A stretch of DNA of 64,000 nt, taken from NCBI RefSeq assembly GCF_030028105.1, contig NC_092371.1:14281884-14345883 (forward strand). The letters are read 5' to 3'. A program made the position numbers and the translations under genes. Shown here piece by piece: positions 11,855-23,534 of this stretch. The notes under the pieces were generated by a model. It saw nothing but the letters and a program-made list of their open reading frames with translations, ran no database searches and was not told the DNA's origin. The stretch's first letter is position 1. Every line of letters starts with the position of its first letter. Origin of the DNA: Mobula birostris. Taxonomy: Eukaryota.

Positions 11855-14800
11855 ACAGGCCATCGAGTCTGCTGGCCGATTCAATCATGGCTGATCCTTT
11901 TTTCCATCTTCTACACAACCCCAGCACCCGGCCTTCTCCCCGTAACGTTTGATGCCATGTCCAATCAACAACCTATCAATATCTGCCTTAAATTCACCCA
12001 ACGACCCGTCCTGCACAGCTTCAAGTGGCAAAAAATTCCACAAGTTCAACACCGTTTGGCTAAAGAAATTTCTCAGCTTCTCTGATTTGAAAGGATGCCC
12101 CTTTATAATGAGGCTGTGCCGTCTTTTCCTACACTTTCCCACCAAGAGAAACATCCTTTCCACATGTAATCAGTCTTGGTCTTTTAACATTCCAAGGATT
12201 TCAGTGAGATACCCCTTCATCCTTCTGAATTGCAGTGAGTAAAGACCCAGAGCCATTAAACTTCCCTCGTATGATAACCCTTTCATTCCTGAAATAATCA
12301 TTGTGAACCTCCTCTGGACTCTGTCCAATGCCAGCACATCCTTTCTAAGATGAGGGCCGAAATTGTTCACAATGCTCAAAGTGAGGCCTCACCAGACCTT
12401 TATAAAGCCTCAGCATCACATCCTTGCTCTTGAACTCTAGACTTCTTGAAATGAATGCTAAAGTGGCATTTGCCTTCCTCACCAGTGACTCGAACTGCAA
12501 GTTCACCCTCAGGGTGTTCTGCACAAGGACTCGCAGTCCCTCTGCATCTCAGGTTCCTTGATTTCCTCCCCGTTTAGAAAATAGGCCGCACATTTTTTTC
12601 TACTACCAAAGTGCATGACCATGCATTTCCAACATTGTATATCATTTGCCACTTCCTTTCGCATTCTCCTAACCTGTCCAAGTCCTTTCCTCAACGCTAT
12701 CTGCACCTCCACCAATTTTCATATCTTCTGCAAACTTGGCAACAAAGCCACCTATTCTATCATCTAAATCATTTATATACAGCATGAAAAGTCCTGGTCC
12801 CAACACTGACCCCTGCGGAACACAAAGAGTCACTGGCAGTCAACCAGAAAAGGATTATTTTATTCCCACTCTCTGCTTCCTACCAATTAGCCAATGCTCT
12901 AACCATGCTTGTAACATTTCTGTAATACCTCTGGATCTTAACTTGGTAAGCAGGCTCATGTGTGGCACCTTGTGAAAGGCTTCATGAAAGTCCAAACATA
13001 CAACATCCACTGCATCCCCTTTATGCTACTTGCAATCTCAAAGAATTCCAACAGGTTCGTCAGGCAGTATTTTCCGTGAAGGAAGCCATGCTGATTATGT
13101 ATTATATTGTCCTGTGTCACCAAGTAGTCCATCACCTCATCCTCAACAATTGGCTCTAACGTCTTCCCAAGCACTGAGGTCAGGCTAACTGATCTACAAT
13201 GTCCTTTCTGCTGCCTTGCTCCTTTCTTAAAGAGAGGAGTAGCATTTGAAATTTCTAGTCCTCTGGAAACATGCCAGAGTCCAATTATATTTGAAAGATC
13301 ATTTCTCATTCCACCGTAATCTCTAACGCTACCTCTATCAGAACAGTATGTTGCAGTTCCTCTGGTCCGGGTGACTTATGCACTTTTCAGTCTTTCAGCT
13401 TTTTGAGCACCTTCTCCCTTGTAACAGTAAAACCACCCACTTCTCTTCCTTCATACACCACAACATCACTCACACTGTTCGTGTCTTCCACAGTGAAGAC
13501 TGAGGCAAAATGCTCATTTCGTTCGTCAGTCATCTCCTTGTCCCCCGTTAAGATTTCGTTTGCCTCATTTTCTAGCAGTCCTATATCCACTCCCATTTCT
13601 CTTTTATTGTTAACATACTTGAGAAAACCTTTACTATCCACTTTCATATTATATTCTAGCTTGCTTTCATATTTCATCTTTTACCTTCTAATGATGTTTT
13701 CAGTTTTTCTCTGTAGGTTTATTAAAACTGCCGAATTCTCTATCTTCCCAATATTTTTTGCACTGTTGTATGCCCTTTCTTTTGCTTACGGTAGCTTTGA
13801 CTTTCCTTGTCAGCTACGATTGTACTCTTTTATCATTTATGTATTTCTTCATTTTTGGAATACACATATCCCGCACCTTATTAATTTTTCCCAGAAACGC
13901 ACGCCATTGCTGCTCTGCTGACATGCCTGTTTGCAGCTCCTTCCAATTTACTTAGGCCAACTCCTTTCTTATACCACTGAAGTTTCCCTTACTTCACTGA
14001 AATACTGCTACATCAGACATCACTTCCTCCTTATCAAATTTCATGTGATCACTACGGGTTTACAATGGTAAACCCAAAGGGTTCTTTGACCCTAAGCTCC
14101 CTCATTGACTCCGGTTCATTACTAACACCCAATCCAGTATAACTGATCCCCTTGTAGGCTCAGCGACAAACTGCTTTAAAAAGCTATCTTCCAGGCATTC
14201 AACAAACTCACTCTCTTGAGGTCCATTACCAACCTGATTTTCTCAATCGACCTGCATGTTAAAGTCTCCCGTAACTACATTGCTCGTTTGACGCACCTTC
14301 TATATTTCCTGTTGTAACGTGTGGTCCACCTCTCAGCCACTTTTGGGAGGCCTGTATATAACTGCCATTAATGTCCGCTTACCCTTGCAGTTTCTCAACT
14401 CAACCCACAAGGATTCAACTTCTTCTGAACCTATGTCAGATCTTTCTATTTATCTGATCCCATTTTTACCATTAGAGCCCTACCACTCCCCATGCCTACC
14501 TTCTTATTCCCCAGATGTAATGCGTAACCTTGGATAATTTGCTCCCAACTGCAACCATCCTTCAGGCACGATTTAGTGACAGCCACAACATCATACCTGC
14601 CAATCTGTAATATTGCCACAAGATCATCCAACTTATTTCTTACACTACGGGCATGTAGATACAACACCTTCAGTACTGTATTTACAGTTCATTTTGAACT
14701 CACATCCCGAATGATTTGACTCTCAGCCTGCTGCCTTCAACTAAATTCTGTCAACTGCGTACCCTTCCTGACAATCTGACTGCACGCTATCTGTACATTT

Positions 14801-15600
14801 ACCATCCGTCCTATCCTGAATCCCTTCACTCCGGTTCCCACCAACCTGCCAAGTTAGATTAACCGCTCCCCAACAGCTCTAACAAACCCGACCGCGAGAA
14901 TATTGGACACCCTCGAGTTCAGGTACAATCCATCACTTTTGAACGGGTCATAACTCCTCCATAAAAAATCCCAATTATGCAATAACCTGACACCCTGCTT
15001 CTCAGCCAGGCATTTATCTGCAAATCGTCTACCCTGCTTCTATCCTGCTGGCTCGTGGCTCAGGCAGCAATCCAGAAATTACTACTCGGTTGGCTCTGCG
15101 TCTTAGCTTTCTACCTCGCTCTTTAAATTCTCTTTTCAGGATCTCATTTATTTCCCTTCCTATGTCATTGGAACCAATATGTACCAAGAAGTCTGTCTGC
15201 TCCCCTGACCCTGGTACCTGGGAGGCAGCAGACCATCCGGGTGTCTCGTTCACGGCTAAGAACCTCCTGTCTGTTCCCCTCTCCATCGAGTCCTCTATCA
15301 CGACCTCTCTTTCCTTCTCTCCCTTTCCCTTCTACACTACGATCCCATGCTCAGTGCCTGTAACCCGGTCGCAGTGGCATTCTCCCGGGTTGTCTTCCTC
15401 CACAAAAGTATCCAAAGCGGTATACTTGTATTTGAGGGGAACAGCCATAGGGGTGCTATGTTCTATCTACCTATTTTCATTTCTCCTGACAGACACGCAG
15501 CTACTCGCCGCCTGAAACTTCGGGGTAACTACTTCCCTGTAACTTCGATCAATTGTATTTTCGCTCTGCTCACATTAAGGAAGTGCCTGCAGATCATCCG
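11855..15600 (-). mobile_element. Near full-length decayed CR1 LINE (ORF1 esterase, endonuclease, RT, 3' end)
   Basis: ORF1 LVHIGSNDIGR..RVVISGLLP; endonuclease YLHARSVRNKLDDLV..DVVAVT; RT QHGFLHGKYCLTNLLEFFE; many stops and frameshifts. Confidence 0.85.
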
Positions 15601-17315
15601 GTAAACAGGGATGGAAAACTTGATCGGCAAATCTCTTGGTGATCTCTTGGTAATCGTGTCATAACTTATGCAGTGGAAAGATTGGCAATCGGCGGACACA
15701 GTGCATGTTGATTATCAGCAGGCCACCTGTAAATAGATTTGCAAGAATTTGCTGAAGAAAGAAATCCAGCTGTTCACAGTGTATATCCAAAGATTTGGAG
15801 AAGGGAACGAAGTGTAATATTGACATGTTTGTTGATTATCAGGGTTATCAGGACAGTGCAGAATGACTGAGTTGATGTTCATAGGTTACGAAAACAGGCG
15901 GGGATGCAAAATATGGAATAAAACATGGAAAACCTGAGGGGATGTGTAGAAAAATGTTCTAAATTGGAGTAGCTTTCAATGGCGAAAGGCTGAGGTCAAG
16001 AGTGCAAGTTCATGTTGAAGTTTACTGCCAATTAACAATACACATGTTCTCAAAACAACCACCTTTCCTATGAGGCCAAGGTGAAAAACACAGTAGATAA
16101 AGCTATACATATTAGATACAGTAACGATCCAAAACATGCAGTCAGAAAGTAGATATTAGCACAGGTGTCTGAGTGGCATAGTATGAAAATCGACAGGTTG
16201 AAATAAAGTGCGAAGTGAATGTTTATGTAAGGCAGAATAATGTTTGGTAATCCATCTATTTATGAATGTATTTATTTGTTTGTTTGCATTTGCACAGTAT
16301 GTCTTATTTTGCACATTGGTTCTTTGGCCACCTTAGTGTTTAACTTTTCCTTGATTCTATTGTATTCCTTAATATCTACTGCGAATGCCCGCAAGTTCAT
16401 GAAACTTAGGGAAGTATATGATGACTTACCGCACTTTGATAGTAAATTGATATTGAACTTTGAATTTTATCATCCCAAGCCTAGGAACACGGTCTAATTT
16501 ATAAGTCTCAATTTAATAAATCCAGCGGTTTCAGCTCAGTGCCCCTCCCCCCGATGTTGATGATGAAGTAAGGTCATGGAATGTCACGGGCTGGTGGTCA
16601 GATCCTTTTCTGTTCACAGATTGCGTTCCACTGCAACCCCTTTGCACAATGACTGACCCCATTGTCTGACGTTAAATGAAATTCTGCCCAGGCCCGCTTT
16701 AGAGAATACAGAGAAAAATACTTCTCGGTTGAGAGTTACGCATTTTAGCGACAGACTCTATTCTCTCGTAAGTAAAGCACCGACATGCTCTCTGCAGGAA
16801 TGATATATTCTCAGATAGGAACCGATGTATTGTCGAGTTAATTTTGGGATGGCATAGAGACTTTGTAGAAGTTTGATGTGACCTTGAAAAGTTTTGTTTT
16901 TATTAGCCATTCTGAGCAGAGACGAGAGGCCGAGTGCCACGACCACCCACACCCACTATCCCAGAGGGAAGCCGCACTCTAAAACAATGTCTAAAATAAG
17001 TTTAGCCTGAGTCTTGTCCAACGTTCTGCAGGCCTGGATATGTGATACAACTGAAGATGAAACAATCTTGAAATTAGGGGTTAAGGTTTTAAAAATCGGC
17101 ACGGTGCCCATTCAAAGTTTCCGAAGGTCAGCAAGTCAATCTCCGCCCATATTCTTTCCCTGGCGCCGCCCACTCATTAACATGGCAATTAATAAACGGA
17201 CCCGGAGACCCCAGTTTGTTGGCTTTGAAATCTGAGCAGTTGCCCGAAGTTTGCAGAACAACGCATGGTTCTGTCGGAATTTTTGTGCGCTCGCTGTCTG
17301 CACCTGTCCGGAGGA

Positions 17316-17364
17316 ATGTCCCCAGCGCTGCATCTCCTGTGGCTTCTGCTGGTTCATTTACCAG
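17316..17364 (+). CDS. IgL leader exon (MSPALHLLWLLLVHLP)
   Basis: ATG at 17316, hydrophobic signal peptide, phase-1 donor G|GTGACA. Confidence 0.92.
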
Positions 17365-19823
17365 GTGACAGTCGGATTGGTTTACGCACGGAATTTCCGT
17401 TAACATTGGGATTACTCCTGATTTTTATTTTGTTCCAAGTCACCCACTGGTTTTATTGTGCTTTATTGCAGATATCCACGCGGCCCCAGTGCTCAATCAG
17501 ACCCCAATGTCTGGACCTGTTTCCGCGGGACAAACTGTCCGCTTGGAGTGTCGGATACAGAACGGTAATGTTGGAAGTTACTACATGAACTGGTACCGAC
17601 AGCGTCCCGGGGAGAGACCGGCGTGGGTGGTAGAACATCAGCCGGACAATGATATATACCGAGGGCCGGGGATCACAGACCGTTTTCAGCCGTCCAGAGA
17701 CACCTCCAGTAACATTCACATCCTGACCATCAGCAGTTTGGAGCCCCGGGATTCCGCCGTCTATTACTGTGCAGCGTGGGATAATGCAGTTGTCTTCGGT
17801 CCAGGCACCATCCTGGATATTAAGAGTAAGTGACCCCTCATTCTGTTCCAAACAATTCCTATTACACCCACTCTCATTCCCCACAGCTGGATGAAACCCC
17901 GTCCAGGGAAGTCTTGTCATATTTCTACACTGTGGGAGGTTCCATTTGTCTCAGTCTGGCAAAGAGACCGTTCAGCCCATCGAGTAAACCTTAATTAAAT
18001 TAATGATCGTTTCACTTGTGAACAAATTTTTTGTTGGTCACTTTTAACCTACTTCAGTCGGTGAAACAGAAATCAATACTTTCCGACCTCTCTGTTGTTT
18101 AACACAACAGAACCCGTGGTTTGTATTTTTAGTATTGGTTTTCTTTTACTAATTTTCACAAGATACAATGAAAAGTTTGTCTTGCATACTGTCCATAAAG
18201 ATCACGGGATGACAGTGCATTGACAGCTTAATGCAGAAGAAAATGTACCAAGCACACAGGAAATGCAGCGCAGGTAGGTAAGTAGCAAGATCATAAGGAT
18301 GTAGCTTGTGAGGTCAAAAGTCCATCCTATCGTACTAGAGAACCATTTAATTGCCTTATTACCTCTATGATGTCAAATTAAACCAATACTTGCTGTCTAC
18401 ATAAACTCCATAACCTTCCATTCTCAGCACACACGTGTCCGTCTAACAGCTTTTTAAACGTCCCTATCGTATCTGCCTCCTCCACCTCATGCACCCACCA
18501 CTCTGTATAAAATGTAAACATTCACCGAACTCTCCTTTAAATTTTTCTCCTTTCGGCTTAGATTTCTGCCCTGGGGGAAAAATCTTGACTGTCCATCCTG
18601 TCGCTATCTCCCATACGGTCTTGAGTAATGTTCACATTTTTTGGGGGAAATGGTTGCTACCACAAGCATGACATCTACCCTCCCTCTTCATTCACCTCCT
18701 CTGAGAACATGTTGTCGCGAATATTCTATGCGGTAAATCCTGCACCACAGAGCAAGATGTTCACCAATTTAAGTTAACGCAGTTGACAGTTTGTTGTTAA
18801 GAACCTTGTCGTTGTGATTGTAGAAAACACGGGAGAAGAACATCGCAGTTTAAAAATAATACACACTACGGGAAGGTGCTGGGTAGAAAAGAGGCCTTTC
18901 ACAGAGTCGAGCGGTAATAGACCGGGTTACTAGGGTTCAGAATGCAATGTGAGTCTGAACGAGTCGTTTTCCCTCTTCCCGCTTCTCACCGGTTCACAGA
19001 CCTGCTCTTTTTTTCCGTCATTTCCTCCTCAGTCACCGGATACTGAGTCTTAGATATCGATTGAGCTTTCCCGGACTCGGGACATCCCAACTGAAGGTGT
19101 AGTATTTTCAGTTATTGTCCTAAGAGTTCAAGATTTGGGAAGTTATTGGAGAACAACAAGAAACTGGTCTCACGAGAGGGACCAATCATATGGACACGGT
19201 GCGGGCAATCAGCAAAGAGACTGAGTAGTATTGAACCTGTCTTTTAACACAATGCAGTGCCGGGAGCAGAGTGGATCCAAAAACATTTTTTTAAATAAAT
19301 GATGTCACGTCGTAGCCGCGCAAGGCTGCGAATAATCCGGGCAATTCTTCATTCAAAGCTTTGTACCCGAGGGATCAAATGTGCTGTTTGCTGTGTCCCA
19401 ATGACTGTGTTAATTTCGGCCCTGGTGCTTCTATCTTTGAACAGTCCATGAAATAATACTGTTTCTATTCCCCTTCGTGTCCTCTCCCATACAGGTAGCG
19501 ATTCTCGGGAGCCCTCAGTTCTACTGCTCCCTCCCTCTCCGGAGGAGACCGGCGCGGGTTCGGCCACTCTCTCCTGTCTGGTGAGTGGTTTTAAGCCGGG
19601 CTTGGTAGCGCTGCGCTGGAGCGTGGATGGAGTCGAGACGGAGAGCGGGGTGACAACAGGCGCCGTGGCCCTGGACACCGATCAGACATACAGGCTGAGC
19701 AGTTACCTGCGGCTAACCACCGCTGCCTGGAACAAGGGCTCGAGTTATTCCTGCAGCGTGAGCCACAGCTCGCTGAGCTCGCCGCTGCGCAACACCATCT
19801 CTTCGTCCGCCTGTGCGCAGTGA
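17316..19823 (+). CDS. Immunoglobulin light chain, sigma-cart (type I/NS5) isotype, germline-joined VJ-C; exons 17316-17364, 17472-17825, 19495-19823
   Basis: Three GT-AG exons in phase 1, open to TGA at 19821-19823. The C domain (SREPSVLLLPPSPEE..ATLSCLVSGFKPG..AWNKGSSYSCSVSHSSLSSPLRNTISSSAC) and V (PVLNQTP..YYMNWYRQRPGE..DRFQPSRDTSSN) match elasmobranch type I light chains as I recall them. Confidence 0.93.
17472..17825 (+). CDS. IgL joined V-J exon
   Basis: Acceptor TTGCAG; canonical LEC, WYRQ, DSAVYYC; CDR3 AAWDNAVV; J motif FGPGTILDIK; donor A|GTAAGT; no RSS or intervening DNA between V and J. Confidence 0.95.
19495..19823 (+). CDS. IgL constant (C1-set) exon
   Basis: Acceptor CCCATACAG; LSC, LRW and YSC landmarks; C-terminal Cys (SACAQ*) placed for the L-H disulfide. 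Confidence 0.95.
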
Positions 19824-20113
19824 GGGTGTGCCGGCTGGTAGCACACGTGGATTGATTGTTCTTGTTTAATGCAGTGAAGCAATCATTGTGTCTGTGCAGC
19901 AGCCAATTGCAATGTACTTGTGTAGTTATGTTCGCTTATGGAAACAATCAGAATGTTTAATAATTTCAGAACAGTTGGCAATAATAATCCATCTTTTGCG
20001 ACGAATAATTCTGTGTAGAATTGTCCCCACTGTGCTGTGTTTGAACTACCGCTCTGTGTGGTCTCAGGAGCGATCTCCCGTGCTGTGATTTGAACTTGTG
20101 TAACACAACTCTG

Positions 20114-20119
20114 AATAAA
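20114..20119 (+). promoter_or_regulatory. Polyadenylation signal of the IgL gene
   Basis: AATAAA about 290 nt after the stop codon. Confidence 0.65.
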
Positions 20120-20579
20120 AGAGGAAACAGCGGTAGATTTATCGTGTCTTGTCTTTACTCGGCTGCTGGCAGTACGTTGGGGGGAATGGTCGTGGATAAC
20201 GTGCCGTCTCGCAGCCTCAATCAGAATTACTATTAAATCGACTCCGACATATTTTTCCGCTTTTCTGCTCTCTGTGCGCTGAGCGTTCTTCGTCCGTCGG
20301 CACTCATCACCGGAGCCTTGTATTCCTCGTCGTCCTGCACTTCTGCTCTTCATTTATAACTATCCCTGTGGGAGGGAGATCAACGTTCGCACTGTCTTTC
20401 GGCCAACGTCTTACCATCACTGGGAGTGTTACACTGTACGAATATTTCCCCGTGACGTGACCATTCTCTCCATAGATTTCGTTAGTTCCTGAATGAAGGC
20501 CATCGGCCTCACTTCCCGCCCTGATACCACCGTCACCACCCGCCACACCCGCACACTAGCGTCTGTAACTCATAGTTAT

Positions 20580-21010
20580 CTTGAAAGCTTAAGGTAAATT
20601 TGTTATCAAAGTCCGTATACGTCTTCATATGCGACCCTGAGTTTCATGTTCTTACTGATATTCACAGTAGAATAAAGGAGTACAATGGATGCAATGAAAA
20701 TCTTCACACAAGTCTGAGATGCACAAAGACCAATAACCACAAATCAATAAATGGATAGATATAAAAATAGACAAATAATTAACCAAAGCACCCATAAGTA
20801 GATAAATCAATTATATTCAACCAATCATAAATAAATAAACAAACAAACAAACAGATAGAGGGATAATGGATAAATACAAAAATAATACTGAGGACATAAG
20901 TTTGAAACTGAGTCTATTGATCTTGGAATTAGTTCAGAGATGTGGTGATTAAAGTCATTCACTTTGATTCAGGGGCCTGATGGTTGAACTCTTCCTGAAA
21001 CTTGTAATTC
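20580..21010 (-). mobile_element. LINE 3' UTR fragment (Rex1/L2-type tail)
   Basis: Shares the AAATTT.TTATCAAAGT..ATACGTC..CCTGAG.TTCAT tail with the copies at 7.2 kb and 47.1 kb. Confidence 0.5.
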
Positions 21011-21859
21011 TGGATCTAAGACTGTAATTGTCAGATGGGAGAGTTGCTGAAGAGCGAAACAAGTGTGGGATGACTACAGAGACCCGGTTAATTATGTTAA
21101 ACTTATATCTTGTCTGACCAATAACGTGGTATTTATAGAGGGTGTGACTGATAAGACAACTGCGAATGTTAGCTCCACGCACACACAAGAAATTCAGTAC
21201 ATTTCACACAAATTACGTACGGTTGCTTGACCTGCTGTTTTTTTTGTTTCAAGAATTTGGTGTAAAAATCTCACTTCGTCATTAAGGGGGTTTTTATGTT
21301 GGTTGGGTGGTGTCAAACTGTCCCTGGACCGTGCTAATCACCCTATTTATGGACTATATAGAGGAACGTGCGCGACATTGGAGAAAATAAATCCTGTCCA
21401 TGAGATGGAAATCCATTGAACAATCGGGCAAATGACGCCCACACTTGGTTTACTGGAATAATTAACATTTTTAACGTTTTAAAACTGCTTTGAAAATACT
21501 GGGATAGGGAAGAGCATTATAAAACACTAAAAACAGAAAAATCAATGTACATAAATGGAATGCATTATATATTATAAAACATTGGCTTTATTTGGCATAC
21601 GCAGAAACAAAAATACAGCGCAATTTGCGTCAAATCAAATCAATAAGCATTGTGCTGATGACAGATCGTAAGTGTCGCCACGCTTTCAGCGACAACAGGT
21701 ATTTATTTGGCATTTATGAATTTACCTACCTATCTGTCTTTATATCTATTCATCTGACTGTTTGTCTATATGCGTAGCTATTTATTTATTTATTTATTTA
21801 TTCATTCATTTAGAGATACAGTGCGTAACAGGCTCTTTATGCCGTCCAACAACCCTCGG

Positions 21860-22146
21860 TGTTGACCCACTGTGTCTCTCTCTCTCTCTCTCTCACTGTG
21901 CGTGTGCGATTTTGGCGGGACGATGTCTTTTTCATGCCTTTACAAGGCGCGGACGGAGAGAGGGAGACTGTGTGGCGCGCCATTCCGCAAGCCCGCACAC
22001 AGACATTTTGCACTATTTTCCCCTTTATTACGATCTTGACACTCAACCCGGCTCGGATAGAAAGCGTACTCGGGATGCGACCCGACTGCGTTCGAACCCG
22101 GGAACCTCCGTTCCAGAGTCCGGCGCTGATGTCATTGCGCCACCAG
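21860..22146 (-). mobile_element. tRNA-derived SINE
   Basis: Minus strand begins GGTGGCGCAATG (A-box-like) .. GGGTTCGAAC (B-box) and ends in a (GA)n tail. Confidence 0.65.
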
Positions 22147-22244
22147 CCGGCCCCACAGGACAATTTACAATAACCAGCTAACCTACTAACCGGTACTTCT
22201 TTTAACTGTGGAACAAAACCAGAGAACCTGGAGGATGATGCACC

Positions 22245-22766
22245 TGTCAGTACCTCCAGCAGAACTTTGTCTTTTTGTGAGTTTTCCCCCTTTTCTCTCA
22301 GTCTGTAGTTTGGTATTACCATGTGCTCTTGTTTGTTTTCATTCCCCATGTGCCCCTGTCCCCGCTCCTGCTGTACTCTGGCCCTTGTATTGCTGAGGTC
22401 TCCGCCTCTCACCTGTTTCTCATTATTGCCTGTTTTGCTGCCACTTCCGTCTCATTGTGCTCCACCTCTCATCTGCTTCTCTGTTTATTGCTGAGTGCAT
22501 TTTAATACTGTGTTTTCACCTGTTTGTTGTGAGATTGCCCCTGTGAATTTTCCTGAGCCTTTCCAGCATTCGTAATGTACTCTGTACGTCTGAAAATTGA
22601 CTCTGCCTGTTTTCCGATTCTGGTTTTTGGATTTCTCTGGATTATTTGATCTCTGCCTGAACTTTGACGCCGACTTTGTTTGCACCTTGGGATTTGTTAC
22701 TCAATTAATATCACTGTGTGCACAGTACTGGATCTGCGATTGAATCCCTGCTCCAGCGTCCTGACA
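22245..22766. mobile_element. Solo LTR, 522 bp
   Basis: Inverted termini TGTCAG...CTGACA; flanks GCACC / GCCCC look like a 5-bp target-site duplication with one mismatch. Confidence 0.7.
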
Positions 22767-22939
22767 GCCCCTTAAACTCTATAACTGGCATGTGGGTATT
22801 GTAGATAACTGGAAAATTTCATGAAAATTTTCATAGCCTTTATTGAAAAGCACCTGAAATAGTCACGCACATTTGCAATAAACATTTAAACATTATGGTT
22901 TACTGAATTATAAATACTACTTGGTATAAAGCCTTAAGA

Positions 22940-23420
22940 TTGCCCACTGGAAAGGTGAGAACTAATAACATGGTGGGGATCGGAGCCAGCCATACACCGG
23001 CATGCAGTCTGTAACCAGATTCAACAATGAAAAAAATGGTGAGATGCGCTTTCCGACAACGCCCCTTTGACCCCCCTCCCCCACCATAAGACAGGAAGTA
23101 CCACAGCATTAGGACAAGGTCTATTCGGATGGGGAATAACTTCTTCCTTCAGGAAATAAGACTGCTGAACTCCCTGCGACCACACAGGTCCCATCACCTC
23201 TGGAGGATCAATAGTGTTACGTAGCTCACTTTCCGACTTGTGTCGTAAATGCACCTTATGATGAATATTAATCTTCTGGAATGTATGTCATTATGTGTTA
23301 AGTTAATGGTGGTATTACTTTCTGTGTTGTTTGTGAATTCTGCGCACTTATTGTGTACCTTGGTTCGGTGGAACTGCAGTTGGTTTGACTGAATGACTAT
23401 GAACCTGAACTTGAACTTCA
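22940..23420 (+). mobile_element. Rex1/Babar-type LINE 3' end
   Basis: Decayed GRRYRS..NSFFPQAIRLLN-type coding end followed by a (GAACTT)n-like tail. Confidence 0.55.
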
Positions 23421-23534
23421 AGGCGTAAGTGAAGGTAAATATATTTAAGCCACTAAGGGTTATAAAGTGCTGTAATCAGTCTTCAAGATGGCCTCAGAGG
23501 CCGAAATTGTACTTACTTTCGAAATTACCTAGGG

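Noticed and set aside
16532-16660. Apparent exon pair giving LSAPPPDVDDE|IAFHCNPFAQ*, reminiscent of the galectin IAFHFNPRF motif
   Set aside because: The intron would be only about 55 nt, the key Arg is missing and no other galectin residues are nearby.
21860-22146. tRNA gene
   Set aside because: A and B boxes are present but there is no full cloverleaf; a long body and (GA)n tail indicate a SINE.
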